From: Lytechinus pictus
Taxonomy: Eukaryota
Assembly (NCBI RefSeq): GCF_037042905.1
Contig: NC_087260.1
Span: 26,784,001 to 26,848,000 of the forward strand
Direction: 5' to 3'
DNA: 64,000 bases
Both the position numbers and the translations under genes were made by a program. Positions within the stretch are counted from its first letter, which is position 1. Every line of letters begins with the position of its first letter. The notes under the pieces are model-generated. The model was not told where the DNA came from and did not search any database. It was given only the letters and a program-made list of their open reading frames with translations. Below are positions 24,552 through 37,434 of this stretch, one piece after another.

Positions 24552-26532
24552 ATGTTAAGGGCCATTTTTTTGTGACTCCCCTCTCTCAATAACCAAAACA
24601 TATGTCAACTTTGGGAAGGAGCCTTCACCATAAGCCTTGCGACTCCACCTATTACGGTTGTGCCCGTGTAAAAAACATATTGTAATAAAATGATCGCATT
24701 GCCAATAATTGTGGAAAGCCCCCTGTCATCTATTGATCAATGCAAAAAGTCTAAATTTTCCCTATTACTGTGCTCGGCGATGTGACTATTATATCCCTTG
24801 TTCTCTAGTATTATTCGTCTAAAAACGGGGGTGTAGTCAAATTTATATTGATTTGGCCTAGTATGATTTGATTTAATTTTTCTTCCACATATTATATAAT
24901 ATAACATAAATATAGCAAATACATTTTGACAATAAATCAGACGTATTATATCATTGAACATAAATTCAGTTGCAGAAGATTGACTGCCATTGTAAGCATT
25001 AATGCTTGAATATAATTATGACAAATCGAAACATATATCATTTGCATAATCATAATATGAGCAGAATGAATGACAACGAATTATTTAAGTATCAATTAAG
25101 TAAAAAGAGAGAAAATCAAACTAACAAACACTTGCTATAGTATATGATAATGACGAAAAACGATGACGATGATAATAATGATATACAAATTTTATAAAGA
25201 GTTTATACAAACGTCTGAACAATTAAAGCGCTAAGAAAAGAAAAGAAAAGAAATGGTTCACATTAACCTTCCTCTCTAGCACTGGCACCATATACGCCTT
25301 ATCTAGCCCCCCCTTAATTTTTACGCCACTACTCTCTAGTACCAGAAATTTAATAAACAAACGGATTACATTACCAGCACCCCCGCCCCCCCCCCCCATG
25401 ATAAAACAAAATACAGGAAGTTGATTATCGATTACCATCCCATCCTTGACGTGCATATCAGGACACGTATAATATGTCAATATTATTTCCCGCTATTCTG
25501 TCTTCAGTATGTACTTTTTTTATGCATGCTATGATAAAACAGAAAAATCAGTTATTGTTGCCACTTATTTTGTAAACATTTAAACTAAACTACATCGACG
25601 AAATGTGTCTGTTACACATAATATATCATTCCAGTTGGGTTAATCGTTTGATTCTTTACCGGCAACGTCAATTTTCTTTTATCCATCGTTATATGTGACT
25701 CTTTGTTCCCATGATTTCTCTTGCAAACGACGTCCGTTGTCAAACCACACCTACGGTTCACTCAGGTTTACCTAAAAATCAGAAAACGTGCAAATCATAG
25801 CAATCTAGCGAGAACCACACAATGTGAGGGGCCTGACAAGGTGTGGGTGCCGTAATTTATTTGTAAAAATGTGAGCGAGCGAACAAAAATTTTCAATACA
25901 AGAATTCAAATTTAAATACAAGAATTGCATTTTTCGATAGATTTGGACATGATGTTTAGAACATAATTTAATTCACCCATTTTCTTTTCCCTTCATTTCT
26001 TTACTCCATCTCCCTGTCCTCTTTAATCGTGGAACTTTCCGGGGGTCCATGGCTCCGCCTGCCTATACTTGGCAAACTTTTTAGCAGGATGTGATAGATA
26101 GATATATAGATAGATAGATAGATAGATAGAAAGAAAGAAAGGTAGAGAGATAGATAATACAAAATTCCCTTAGTCCATTATAATTAAAATGATACGGATC
26201 TCTCGGTAAAACAATTATGTTTATACGTCAGATAGGCTTAATGGGGCTTAATTATGGTAGCCAGTTAATACAACACGATCCAATCAGAAGTGCAAGATCA
26301 ATGAACTAGATATAGTTCAGTGGTCGAAACCCACGAACATACATAATAATTATTCAACTTGTGTTTAATAAAATGACAGTGCAAATAAAATACAAGAACA
26401 TGACATACAAGAAAGTATTAACTAAATTAAAAACTGACTGGCATGTTGATTTGGTGTGTTGTGTAAAACATACATTTCGCTTGTCCGTGAAATATCTCGC
26501 CAATTCTCACTTATAAATTAATTCAAATACAT

Positions 26533-28041
26533 CCCAGAAGGAAAAACCAGTTCCACTGGACCAGTTAGACCAGTAGAATTTTAATTGGTAACTCTGGAAA
26601 TTGGAACATCGGTTTACTGGTCTAACTGGTCATACTGGTCAAGTTAAAACTTTACTGGTCCAGTTAAAAATTAAGCTGGTCTTGAATTACTGGAATTTTA
26701 TACTGGTCTTGTTTCTGGTGGTTGTTACTGGTCTCACTGGTCTTCATAATGGTATGGTCTTTACTGGTATTTTCTACTGGTCCTCGAACTGGTTGAACTG
26801 GTCCTCGTACTGGTCTTACTGGATCAATTTATTACTTGCATTTTGGGTTGTTATATACCATGGTCAGTGAAATGTGATGGAAAAGATGGTTAGTAAATTA
26901 ATTTTTCTGCTGTTATTTTAAATGTGATGTATGAAATTACACATTTTCATTGTGAATTAGTTCACACACTTATTTAAAAAGTTTTTACACAACAATGAGT
27001 GCCATTGTAAGGATATTCCATTCTAAATCCTGATTTTTCTTTTTAAAATAGGAAATATGCAAATGAGGTAAACCACGTGATCAGAATCATCAGAATCACT
27101 GGTATTACTGGTCTTGACCAGTTCAATTTCAAACGATGAATTACTTCAGACCAGTTGACTATATCAAAGGAATATATCTAGCTCTTAATCATAATTAAAG
27201 GAAATGATTATTTTAATGATAATGTTAATACTTGATAATTATGATATAAATAATAATAATTACAATATCAATAACAATGATAACAGTAATAAAAATGATA
27301 ACAAATTAATAATCATTCAGGGAGGCGCGATAGCTCAGTCGGTAGAGCGGGGGTTTCGGATTCCGGTGACCCGGGTTCGATTCCCAAGTGGTACGCTAGT
27401 GCCCTTTGGAAAGGCATTTATCCTCATTACCAGGTCCCTCGGAGAGGACCTTAAGCCGTTGGTCCCCTGGTTGCTTGCTCACAGGCATTCGTGCTTTCTT
27501 AGCAGTCAGGTAAAACAACCTCGGTATAACATAATAATCATAAAATTAATGATTATGATATTTATAAGAAGAATGATGATAACAATCGATAACGAAAATA
27601 ACTTTCTCTGAATTGCAAGATTCATTTTCCATAATTCGTCAAATGATCTGACTTGAAATAAAGTCATTATTTATTGGACCAGTAACACCAGTTTGATGAA
27701 AAACAATTTAACTGGTATTACTACTTTGCTTCAACTGGAATGCAATTGTTTGAACTGGTCTCCAGATGATTTTTACTGGTCCAGTAAACATATACTGGAA
27801 ACCAGTAAAAATCTACTGGAAACCATTTATTGGACCAGTAACACCAGTTTGATGTAAAAACAATTTAACTGGTATTACTAATTGCTTCAACTGGAATGCA
27901 ATTGTTGGAACTGGTCTCCAGTTGATTTTTACTGGTCCAGTTAAAAATAAACTGGCCCAGTAAAAATATACTGGAAACCAGTAAAATTCTACTGGAAACC
28001 AGTAAAAATTCTTACTGGTCTAACTGGTTTTACCTTCTGGG
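26533..28041. mobile_element. Non-autonomous EnSpm/CACTA-like element (CCC...GGG ends, AT TSD) with ACTGG/CCAGT subterminal arrays
   Basis: AT|CCCAGAAGGAAAAACCAGTT ... AACTGGTTTTACCTTCTGGG|AT, dozens of ACTGG/CCAGT motifs, and an internal ~158-bp tandem duplication (about 27671-27960). Confidence 0.8.
27321..27518 (+). mobile_element. tRNA-derived SINE nested in the EnSpm-like element
   Basis: A box TAGCTCAGTCGG and B box GGTTCGATTCC followed by a non-tRNA body; sits in AAT-rich sequence. Confidence 0.8.
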
Positions 28042-28395
28042 ATATTTACCAATCATCAGAGAGGCAAATAAATCAAACATAATTATATAGTTATGCAAAT
28101 GTTACTCTTTGAAAGAGTCGTATTATAGAAAGTAAGCCTAAAACTTGACACAAAGGGTCATTGTTCGTTCAGCAATAAAAAAATGTCGATTTTTTGGCTG
28201 TTATCTCATGGAGAAGCATTTTAAGTATCTATCAGTAGGCCATTTCCGTACATATTTTAAACAGATCATTTGAAAAAGATTTCTAGTAAAAAAAACACAA
28301 ACAAACTTCAGTGCACTCTTTTATCGACGGACGACTCCGGTTCTACGCCCTCTACTGGTGACACATAGCGGTTTTGTCGATAAAAATAAGTTGAG

Positions 28396-31300
28396 ATGGC
28401 CGCTTGTTTTTGCTGTTTTCGATGCTTTCCATGGCGAGCTGGGTTTGGAAGCGGACACGTCCCACTAAAAGAAATACCATCGGTTGTTCTTGATACCTCA
28501 CACATGGGTAAATATATGAAGACATTAGTATGACTGTTTTAATTATGATAAAATAGTTATCAGTCCCACACACATGAATTGATGTGAGTGTGACAGTGAA
28601 TTTGAATATGTGACGGCGTCCTCTTAGTCTTACTATAAATGCAACAAAAAGTGTGAAAAATGATTCATGCAGGCAAAAAGGAAAATGCTTTAATTTTCGG
28701 GGGCTATTTTTCACAGTACCTGCAGCCTAAATCTGCAGTATTTAATAAAATTTCTCGACTCTAGAGTAGAAATTAGATGAATTGGGATTTCCCGAGGTGA
28801 GCACTCCTACTCCTAGTAGTAGTACATAGTCTTGAGGACTCCCATGATGATGTTTTATCAATCTGACATATACTTCTTATCATGGGAGTCTTGAACAGGG
28901 TTTCATATACACGTAAGCGAAGGAAGTACACAAAGATGGATTTCCCCAGGAAATCCATCTTTGTGCACTAGAATCGCACGAAATATGTTTATTTTATTAA
29001 TTTCTACACCTTCCCACGCATAATGCGTAGGAAGGTTTTACAAATGGTCACTTAAAAAGTATAAAAAATAGGGTTTCTTACCAGACTGATGTCGCGAAGA
29101 CCCCCTCGTTCCACATGTAAACAACGCAAATACAATGGCTACGACCCTTGAACTGCTTATGTATTACGTAGGTATTACGTACTTTCGATGCACGATGCCG
29201 TTTTGAAAAACAATTCATAGAAAAAAAAAATATTTTATGAATATTAAAACTTATTACGTGATTATAAATAATTATTATCTTACTACTGATTTTTGAGACA
29301 ATAATAATTATTATTTCAATAATTATTATTATGAAATAATTATAACAATAATTACTATGATAGTAATTATAATTGTAATAATTATTTAGAAAATAATATT
29401 AATGAAACAAAAATAATTATCATAATAATAATTATTATAATTATAATACTAATTGGGACAATAATGAAACGATGATGAGACAATAATAATATCAACAATT
29501 TTATTGAGACCATAATAACAAGACAATAATGAGATAATAGACAATTGAAATCAATCTGTTTTTATTTTTTTCTAGAAATCCTAAGATTATTATTCTAATT
29601 CTCTTTCTTTGATTACAAATTATATTCATTGAAAACTTAATTTCTAATGTTCAAGCAAAGAAAATCAATATCAAGTCATGTTTACCATGTGCACAAACCT
29701 ACCACAGGGCAATTACCCCCGAAATAGGGTTAGGTTAGGTGTAGATTTTTGGATAGGGGTACAGTGTAGTTGTCTGGGGGGGGGGGGGGGTAATTGTCCA
29801 GGGTGGGTGGGGGGTGGGGGGTAATTGTCTGTGGGGGGTGGGGGTGGGGGGTTATCGTCCAGGGGTAGTTGCCCTTGAACCAAAGAAATCATATGCCAAT
29901 ATGTCAAATCAATCTGAGTACTTTAAGATTTAAATAAAAAGCTTGTACAATTCCCCATAAGCTATGTATTATAAATGTGCCATGCCCAAAACAAAGAGAA
30001 TAATAAGATTTCGCAATCTTCTTTTGTCCACAAAAAGGCCTCTTTTTTCATCACAAAGATGACAATAACTCGACTTCTAGATATCGGAATTTGACAATTC
30101 AAACAGTTTTGTGAATCGTAGATATTGAGCCTCATTGTGAGCCCATCAAATATGCTGGAACAGCCTTTCCTAATTTTCACCTGAAGTGCCTACTAGTACC
30201 AATGAGGTCCAAACATTACATGTATGGACCTCATAGGCGACATCAGTAGTATTTTTGGTTAGAAATCTCTGAGAACAGGATATTTCTATATTATATCACA
30301 AGTACAAGCTATATTCCTTTCTCTTATTTAAATTATAATTTTATAGTGTAAATGCATCGTTAGCAAAAAAAAAAAATGAGAGAAATGAAGGGGAACTTAC
30401 ATTTTCACGGCTTTTTCCTGATTTTCTGGGCAGTTGCTCTTCACTTCTGACTCGCGATCGAAGCTGATATGAAGATCACGTGATTCGCGTTCTCGTCAGC
30501 TGATCGGTTGATTATTCTTTTCGTCAGAAGTTAATAATATATATTTTATAATGCTAGCATTCATCGCTAATTTAGTTAAACAGCGCCAGGTCGGAATCAT
30601 AATTATTTTGGAAGAGTGTATTTATACACTCGATCTCATACCTGACATAGACGGCGCTATTCAACAAATGCACAATCTTCAATATAAAAAATAAAACAGA
30701 AAGAACGCCTTGAACACAGGCCAAAATGCCTAACGATTTCTCCGCGGCATTAACAACTATCGTAAAGGGCGCTCCATTTATTAATAAAGATGGACGTATA
30801 GCTGTCTATGGCGACAAATTTGCCGCAAATATTTACGAAGAATTGTGAGAAATGGTCTGAAAATGCAACAAAAGAACCGGTGAGTACCGATTAAACATTA
30901 TCAATTTATTTAATAGAACATATTTTATGACTACAGTTTAACAATTTCTAGATAATATTGCTTAGTTCTAAGCTAGGGCGGCCCAAATGCGCGTGAGTGG
31001 AGTCCCAGTTTATTAACACGGGTAAGTATTGGGGTGTCGCCTAGAGTGGAGGTGAGGGCGAGCCGCGAGGCCCTTTTTTATTTTATTTTCCAGGTAGGCT
31101 AGGGCTCTTTTTTCAAATATGTGACGACACTCACATTTCAGGGGTGAAATCTCCCGAGCCCCCTTGTAATTTTTCCCTTAAATCATGTATCTGATGCCTC
31201 GTCATAGCCATGAATTTTTCATAGGATGGACGCTCAAGTCGACTCCAGGGGCGTGGCCCGCGTAACCCTGTCCCAGCTAGTAGAATCTAGATCTGCTCAC

Positions 31301-34300
31301 TCATTCTATGGACAAGGTTATGATATAATCTTGTTCTCTGTTACTACTCCCTGTTTGGTGAAAGAAGGTTGGCAATGTTTGGCTTATTTTCTCTTTTTCT
31401 TTGGGACAAATGCTTGATTTTTTGTCACTGTTAGTTTCCATTACAGCTATTCAACTTGGCTCTTAAGTAAATTTGATTTTTTTAAATTATTTTTTCTTAA
31501 TTAAAAATAGAGATTGGAAAATGACAATTGTCTTGCCATATTACTTTCCACCAATAGAGGGCGTACACAAAAATATGCCAAAATTTTTTCGAGCACTCTG
31601 GTGAATACAAAAATTACTCCCAAGTTACTAATGAAAAATAAATTGCAACTGTATGGAAATTAGTATTTTTGGTAACAAAAGTGATATTTTAATGATTTTT
31701 TAAATTGTGTGTTGTGTACAGCATCGGCATACCATAGTCCTACCTGTAGATTCCCCACAGGCAGGATGGTAATGAACCCTTGAGTGGATCTGCTAGTCTA
31801 CGTTGAAATAAATAAAGGGAGAATTTTAATAGACTCATGCCTAAAAATAAAAGGCTTAACATCTGCTTTAAACATATTTAGCAAATGATAGGTTTGGCTC
31901 ATCAATGTTGCCTGTAAGGCACCTGTCAGTTCCATCATTGGTCCTTTGACTTCATAAATTTGATCAACTTATGATGATTTTTTTTAATGCATGGTTGGAT
32001 CTGATACTAGGGTTGATCTCAGTACTGTAGTAAAATCTAAATCCTATGCGATAATGCCATCATCTAATTACCACCCGCTTGTGTAGAAAAGAAGTGAGCG
32101 ACTGTGAGCCCTCAACAATAGACTCTTCCTCATGCTTGCTTTGAAAAAAAAATGCATGGTCAATGAGACGGTGAAAATAAATACATCTTGACTAGATCTC
32201 ATTTTCAGCCAATCACTTGTTAACTCATCTTTTGTTGAAAATATTTGTGTCATTCTTCAGGTAATGATGTTGTGATTGTGAAATCAGGAAGACGGATCTG
32301 TGGGACAGGAGGAGCTTTGGGCAATGCACCGTTAGTCCAAGACAAAGCATACTTTGAAATCAAGCTGCAATCAACAGGTACTTGTATACCAGTGTTATAT
32401 AGCTGTTTGATCGATAACACTTTAACTTTCAACCAGCGCAAATGAAGGCAAAGCAATACAAGATATAGAGTTCATATTAAACATTTATCGACGATGATGA
32501 TAACTTGATGACAAATAATAAGTTTAATGGTGACTATACTCTGAAGATGGAGATAACTCGGCAAACTGCTGCAGTATAGAATATAAACTCAAAGCTGATC
32601 TGAAACCAATCTGCCTGGAGTTTAGAAATGAACCCTTTTTATAATAGTCCATTCAAGACGTCCAGCTGTTGGTCAACCTTGAGTACTTGACCAAAACAAT
32701 CTGTATATCATAACTTTACCAGTCAGTGAGAAGGATGAATGTTGTGAATAAGAAACATATACGTGTGTGCATCAGACATGTTAGAGGTTTAGCTCGAGAA
32801 GAGTGAGTAATACTTTCTAAAGAAAGTTGGAGTTGGAAACAAATGGTATTACTTCTTGTAGAAGTAACAATTAGTATTGATATATTATTAAATATGTGGG
32901 ATATGTCTTATCATCACATGCCAGATTCTACTTTTCCTCTTTTCTCTTTTGTTTTCTTTCGCTTTTTTGTTTCTTTCTCTCTTTTTGCTTCTTTTTTATA
33001 GTTTTTATCTTTCCTTCATCTTTACATTTTGATCTTACCTTTTCTACCTCTCTTGGTTTTTTTTTCCATAGCTTCTCTTCCTTTTGTTTCTCCCTCTCCC
33101 TCTTTTGCTTTCTCTTTTTCCCTATCTTATTCTATTTGCCTGCCCCCCCTTCCAAAAATCTCTATTTTTCTGTCTGTATTTATATTACTCCGGTATGCAT
33201 ATCTCTGATTCTCTGTCTTTCCCTTTTTTCTTTTCTCATCCTCACATCCGTCTTTCCCCCTCTTGCCTTTTCTACTCACCTCTCATCACCCACAAAAGGT
33301 CACCTTTCTTTTTTATGTTCTGTCACTTTAAATTCCAAAACTGATATGTGTGAATAACTTTTTTCCTCCCAATGTTTCATGCATGATGTATGACAAGTGC
33401 ACCTAGTGTCAAAATTGTGAATGAATGTGAGATGAAAATTTGTCACTTTAAAGATAAATACCAGTTGTGGTAACGATCTCATAATGAGTTCAAATAGAAT
33501 CCAATGAAATTACCACCAAATTTTTGTATATATAAATAGAAAAAAATGTGTTCCAAGTAGCTTGGGAAAAAAAATGAGAAATGAGCAAAATAAACACAGG
33601 ATTCCATCAAATTTTGGGTATTTTTCAAAGCAATATTAATTCACTGTCCCATATATGCTTTTTGTCTCTCCTGATCAAGTTCGGCAGAGACATAGTAATC
33701 ACTTTTCCTGTTGGTCTGTTCGAAAATGTTCAAGTTTTTGTTCCACTTGCTCCTATGAGAAATTTCCACTATCTCGCCTATCCATTTCTTTTTCTTCTAT
33801 CCACTGTTTCTATAATACTCCACATGGTGTACCGTAAACCACATCAGCGATTGTACATGCCACCATGCAAACCTTCAAACAACACCTATTAATGTACAAG
33901 ATCTCGATGTACATGTATAATAATATTTTGACATTTAACCTTGATTTGCTGCAACTACTTTCTTTTACCTTTGATACATTTTTATTATTGTTTTCTTATC
34001 AGGCATTTGGGGTGTTGGTCTTGCCACTAGGAAGAGTAATCTAAGTCGTGTTCCGCTGGGAGAGTGTGCTGAATCTTGGGTAATGAGATCAGATGGTACG
34101 GTGTGTCATGCAGGAGAGCCTCTTCATAAACCTACCATAGAAGTCGCAGAGGGGGATCTCATTGTAAGTTTCATTTCTCTTTTTATTTATCTATCTATCT
34201 ATCTATCTATTGGTTTGTTTGTTTATTATTGTTCATTTAATTTTTGTTTGCACATATTCATTTCATTTTGATTTTATTAATATATTTGTTAATTATTTCT

Positions 34301-35534
34301 TAAAAATTCATTTTATTGATCTGTTATTCATTTAGAATCTTACTGAGAATACTTGACTGAATATTGCCTTTATATTTTCAAATGCTTTATTGGGAAGAGT
34401 TTGTTAGTGATCTTCTTTTCCAAAGAGAGAATATATATGCTCAACGGCAGTTAATTGGTTTATCAAATCAATAGAGAAGTTCATTAAATTATTAATGTGC
34501 TATTTTTTTTTCACACTTGTAATAAGTGAAGCATCTGATTTGTCAGTGAATATCACTGACTAGATATTTTATGAAACAGTGTCCAGTGATGATAATTTTC
34601 TAATTTTGACTTTCTTTGATAGGGTGTGACATACGACCACATGGAATTGAACTTCTTTAAGAATGGTGAGAATCTTCAAATACCGGTCAGTGGCATCAAA
34701 GGAACGTTATATCCTGCAGTCTATGGTGAGTTTAGTCATGATTATTTAAACAAAAAATTACTGACTAGTGATACTGTCAAGCCTTAGATTTCACTTTTTT
34801 TTATGGTACACCTCAAATGCAGAAAGTTACGAAGAGCAGAAAAAAAATCCAAGGCCAGTGAAAGGGTAATTAAGGGCAATCAGCAGGTCATCTAAGCAAG
34901 GTCATGGCCTTGAATGACCAGGGGGGGGGGGGGGGTTTCACAAAGATTTAAGTATGACTTAGAGTCGCAAATGCCTAGTTGCGTGCGTTATAAAAGGCAT
35001 GACCGCATTGGTCAGATCATGCCAAGAGGACGCGCATTACTGCATATTAATCAATAAGCTTGCGCGTTGCATATCATGTATGTGTTGGTATTTTAAGTGC
35101 AACTTTAAGTCATATGTAAATCTTTGTGAAACACCTGCCTGGGCCCCGTCTTACAAAGAGTTGCGATTGATCTGATCAACCCCAACTATGGATGGCCAGT
35201 AACGTCAACATCTGAAATGCAAATTTGTTCAAAATATTTTCTAGATATGATGTATATTCATTCATTCATTGTCTTGAAGATTCAGTGTAATTTTATTTGT
35301 TTACTACATGTAATTGTATTGGATGGCTCAGAATGGCATAATAAAAGCATTCCATGACCAAGGGCCAATTTTGAAAGAATTTTTTTTCTTTTTTCAGTGG
35401 ATACAGTAAAACTTGTTTTCTTTGTTGTTTTTCCAGTGGATGAAGGAGCCATCTTAGATGTCCAATTCAGTGAGTTTTACCACCCACCACCCAGTGGATA
35501 TGACAAGATAATGTTTGAGCAATCCTTGTTATGA
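28396..35534 (+). CDS. SPRYD7: SPRY domain-containing protein 7, 196 aa
   Basis: Exons 28396-28507, 32261-32377, 34003-34163, 34623-34725 and 35437-35534 (591 nt, GT-AG, phases 1, 1, 0, 1). Translation MAACFCCFRC..GHVPLKE..LDTSHMGNDVVIVKSGRRICGTGG..YFEIKLQSTGIWGVG..GVTYDH..YPAVYVDEGAILDVQFSEFYHPPPSGYDKIMFEQSLL matches SPRYD7/CLLD6 as I recall it. Confidence 0.93.
33452..33970. mobile_element. Kolobok-like non-autonomous element (second copy at 51021-51410)
   Basis: TTAA|AGATAAATACCAGTTG ... CAACTACTTTCTTTTACCT. A homologous copy at 51021-51410 ends ACCT|TTAA. Confidence 0.65.
34921..35135. mobile_element. Harbinger/Tourist-like MITE in the last SPRYD7 intron
   Basis: TIRs gtttcacaaagattta..tatgactta / taagtcata..taaatctttgtgaaac. 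Confidence 0.65.
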
Positions 35535-35883
35535 CCTTCCTACACCTACTCCAATCCATGGACTGCATGGGTCATCGTCATTCCATCAGCAAAGTGGTGG
35601 GTTTCATGAAACAGTTGTTTACACTGACAACTGTCATAAGCCACTGGAATCCTTGCATTTTATTGGTCAAGGTCAAATTTATCAGTTAGTTTCACCGCCT
35701 TTCTATGACCACAAGGGAAGGGTTTCATGAAGTTTTTGTTTACATTGACAGTTGCTACTGAATTAATGGCATGTGATTGGCCAAGAGAAAATTTGTCAGT
35801 CAGCTATTTAACTGCAATTTATCACCAGAAGGGGAGGGTTTCATAAAGCATTATTTACACTGACAACTATTGTAAGCTAGGTA

Positions 35884-37293
35884 TGTCACCACTAGTCTCG
35901 GGAAATACAAACAGGTATTAAATAAGTCTGTAGAGTTGTTTGATGGTTATAAACTAGGTAAAACCAATTACCATCTTTATTACTCTTTGAAGAAATAATA
36001 GATTATACCTGGTGAATTTGATCACAACAAACAAACAAATCTCGATAATTCACAATAGTTCCATACAACCGTAAGGTTCACCTTTAAACAAGATTTGGTT
36101 TAAAAAAGAGTACAATGATTCAAACATTTGGAATTCGTTGCAATTAATTTGCATAGAAAAGAATATATATAATACAATTGTTTTGAAGTATGAATGCATT
36201 TTCTTGATAAACTAACAGCAGTATTAAAGAGTCACATTCGCGATGAATACATACAGGTAGCAGTCTGTGGATGATTTAATATCATTTTTTTTCTGCCGTT
36301 GGCATGACGTCGATCTTGTCAGCTTATCGTGGGCTATATAATACGACGTCTTCAAGTGATGGTCGAATTCCTCAATCGCAGTGCCGAGGAAGATTTCCTC
36401 CAGTCATTTATCCTGCAGACAAAACTGGTTCCACAAATGGCGGCCTGGTATCACAGGCTTACCAAGGTGTGAGACTGTGGAAATGGGAATTACTGTTTCT
36501 ATTAGTTCTTCTTTTACATAATATTCTATATTCTATTTATCTCTCAGTTAAGGAAATATAAAATAAGAAAAAAAAAAATACTTATAGAATTGTTTTTTTT
36601 TCTCTCCAAAAAAAAATCAACGACACAAATCACAATAAATGTTGTATACATACTTTATACCCAATCAAGGGATACATAGAAAACTGAATATTTCATGTCT
36701 TGTTTTCTTTTTGTGACAGTAGTAATTATTATTTTTCATACGACGCATTTACAATTCAGTAGTAAAACTTATTCGTCACCTTTGGACAAAAATAACTATA
36801 GTGATAACTTGTCGAAAATCCTGACATGTATATAGAACAAATGAGCATTTAAGTTAAATTTCAGGGTACAATATTTAAATGCTTCCAACCTTTCAACAGC
36901 AATTGCATGTAATTAATATAGGTTGAATGATAAGCCAGTTCAACTTACGTTTATCTCGTCAAAACAAAAGTGTAGTAGAAACCCCGCAGAACAGCGTTGG
37001 CGTGGTCCTTGTAGGGACTTGGTTCTGACGGCTAATAAACTGGAAAACATTGCATTCTGACAAGAAATCTCCATAGCCTTTTCACCTCACTTCCCACTAC
37101 ACCACGCCCTGGTCTCACTTGCCCTGCACACACACGTATACGGCCTTTCCTGTACACGGCTTTTAGCATTCTGCCAACGTGGCGCGAAAAACTCTCAACC
37201 CTAACGTAGCGACAGCGAATCATTATACGCATGGACGCATCGCATTCCGATACTAGTGTCCTAATTAAACCCACGTATTGGCGAACTTTGACA
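35884..37293 (-). repeat. 3' LTR
   Basis: Direct repeat of 42212-43621; no differences found by eye. Confidence 0.95.
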
Positions 37294-37296
37294 ATT

Positions 37297-37308
37297 TACC
37301 CCTCCCTT
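37297..37308 (-). other. Polypurine tract
   Basis: AAGGGAGGGGTA lies a few nt upstream of the 3' LTR on the minus strand. Confidence 0.8.
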
Positions 37309-37434
37309 AAGACAATTTTTCAAGGGAAAAATTTCCTGAATTATATAGTTTTTAAGAAGTAAAACAGTGAAATAGGACATAGCAAAAAAAAATAAACCTA
37401 AACGCCTTAGTGTCTGATATTGAGACTCTGCATC

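Noticed and set aside
27321-27395. Possible tRNA gene
   Set aside because: The acceptor stem does not close, there is no oligo-T terminator, and the sequence continues into a SINE body. The same applies to 44342 and 46069.
32896-33357. 153-aa hydrophobic Phe/Ser/Leu ORF
   Set aside because: CT-rich low-complexity intron sequence of SPRYD7.
36304-36561. 85-aa ORF duplicated at 42632-42889 (and 80/107-aa minus ORFs)
   Set aside because: Duplicated only because they lie in the LTRs; no recognisable domain and not env-like.
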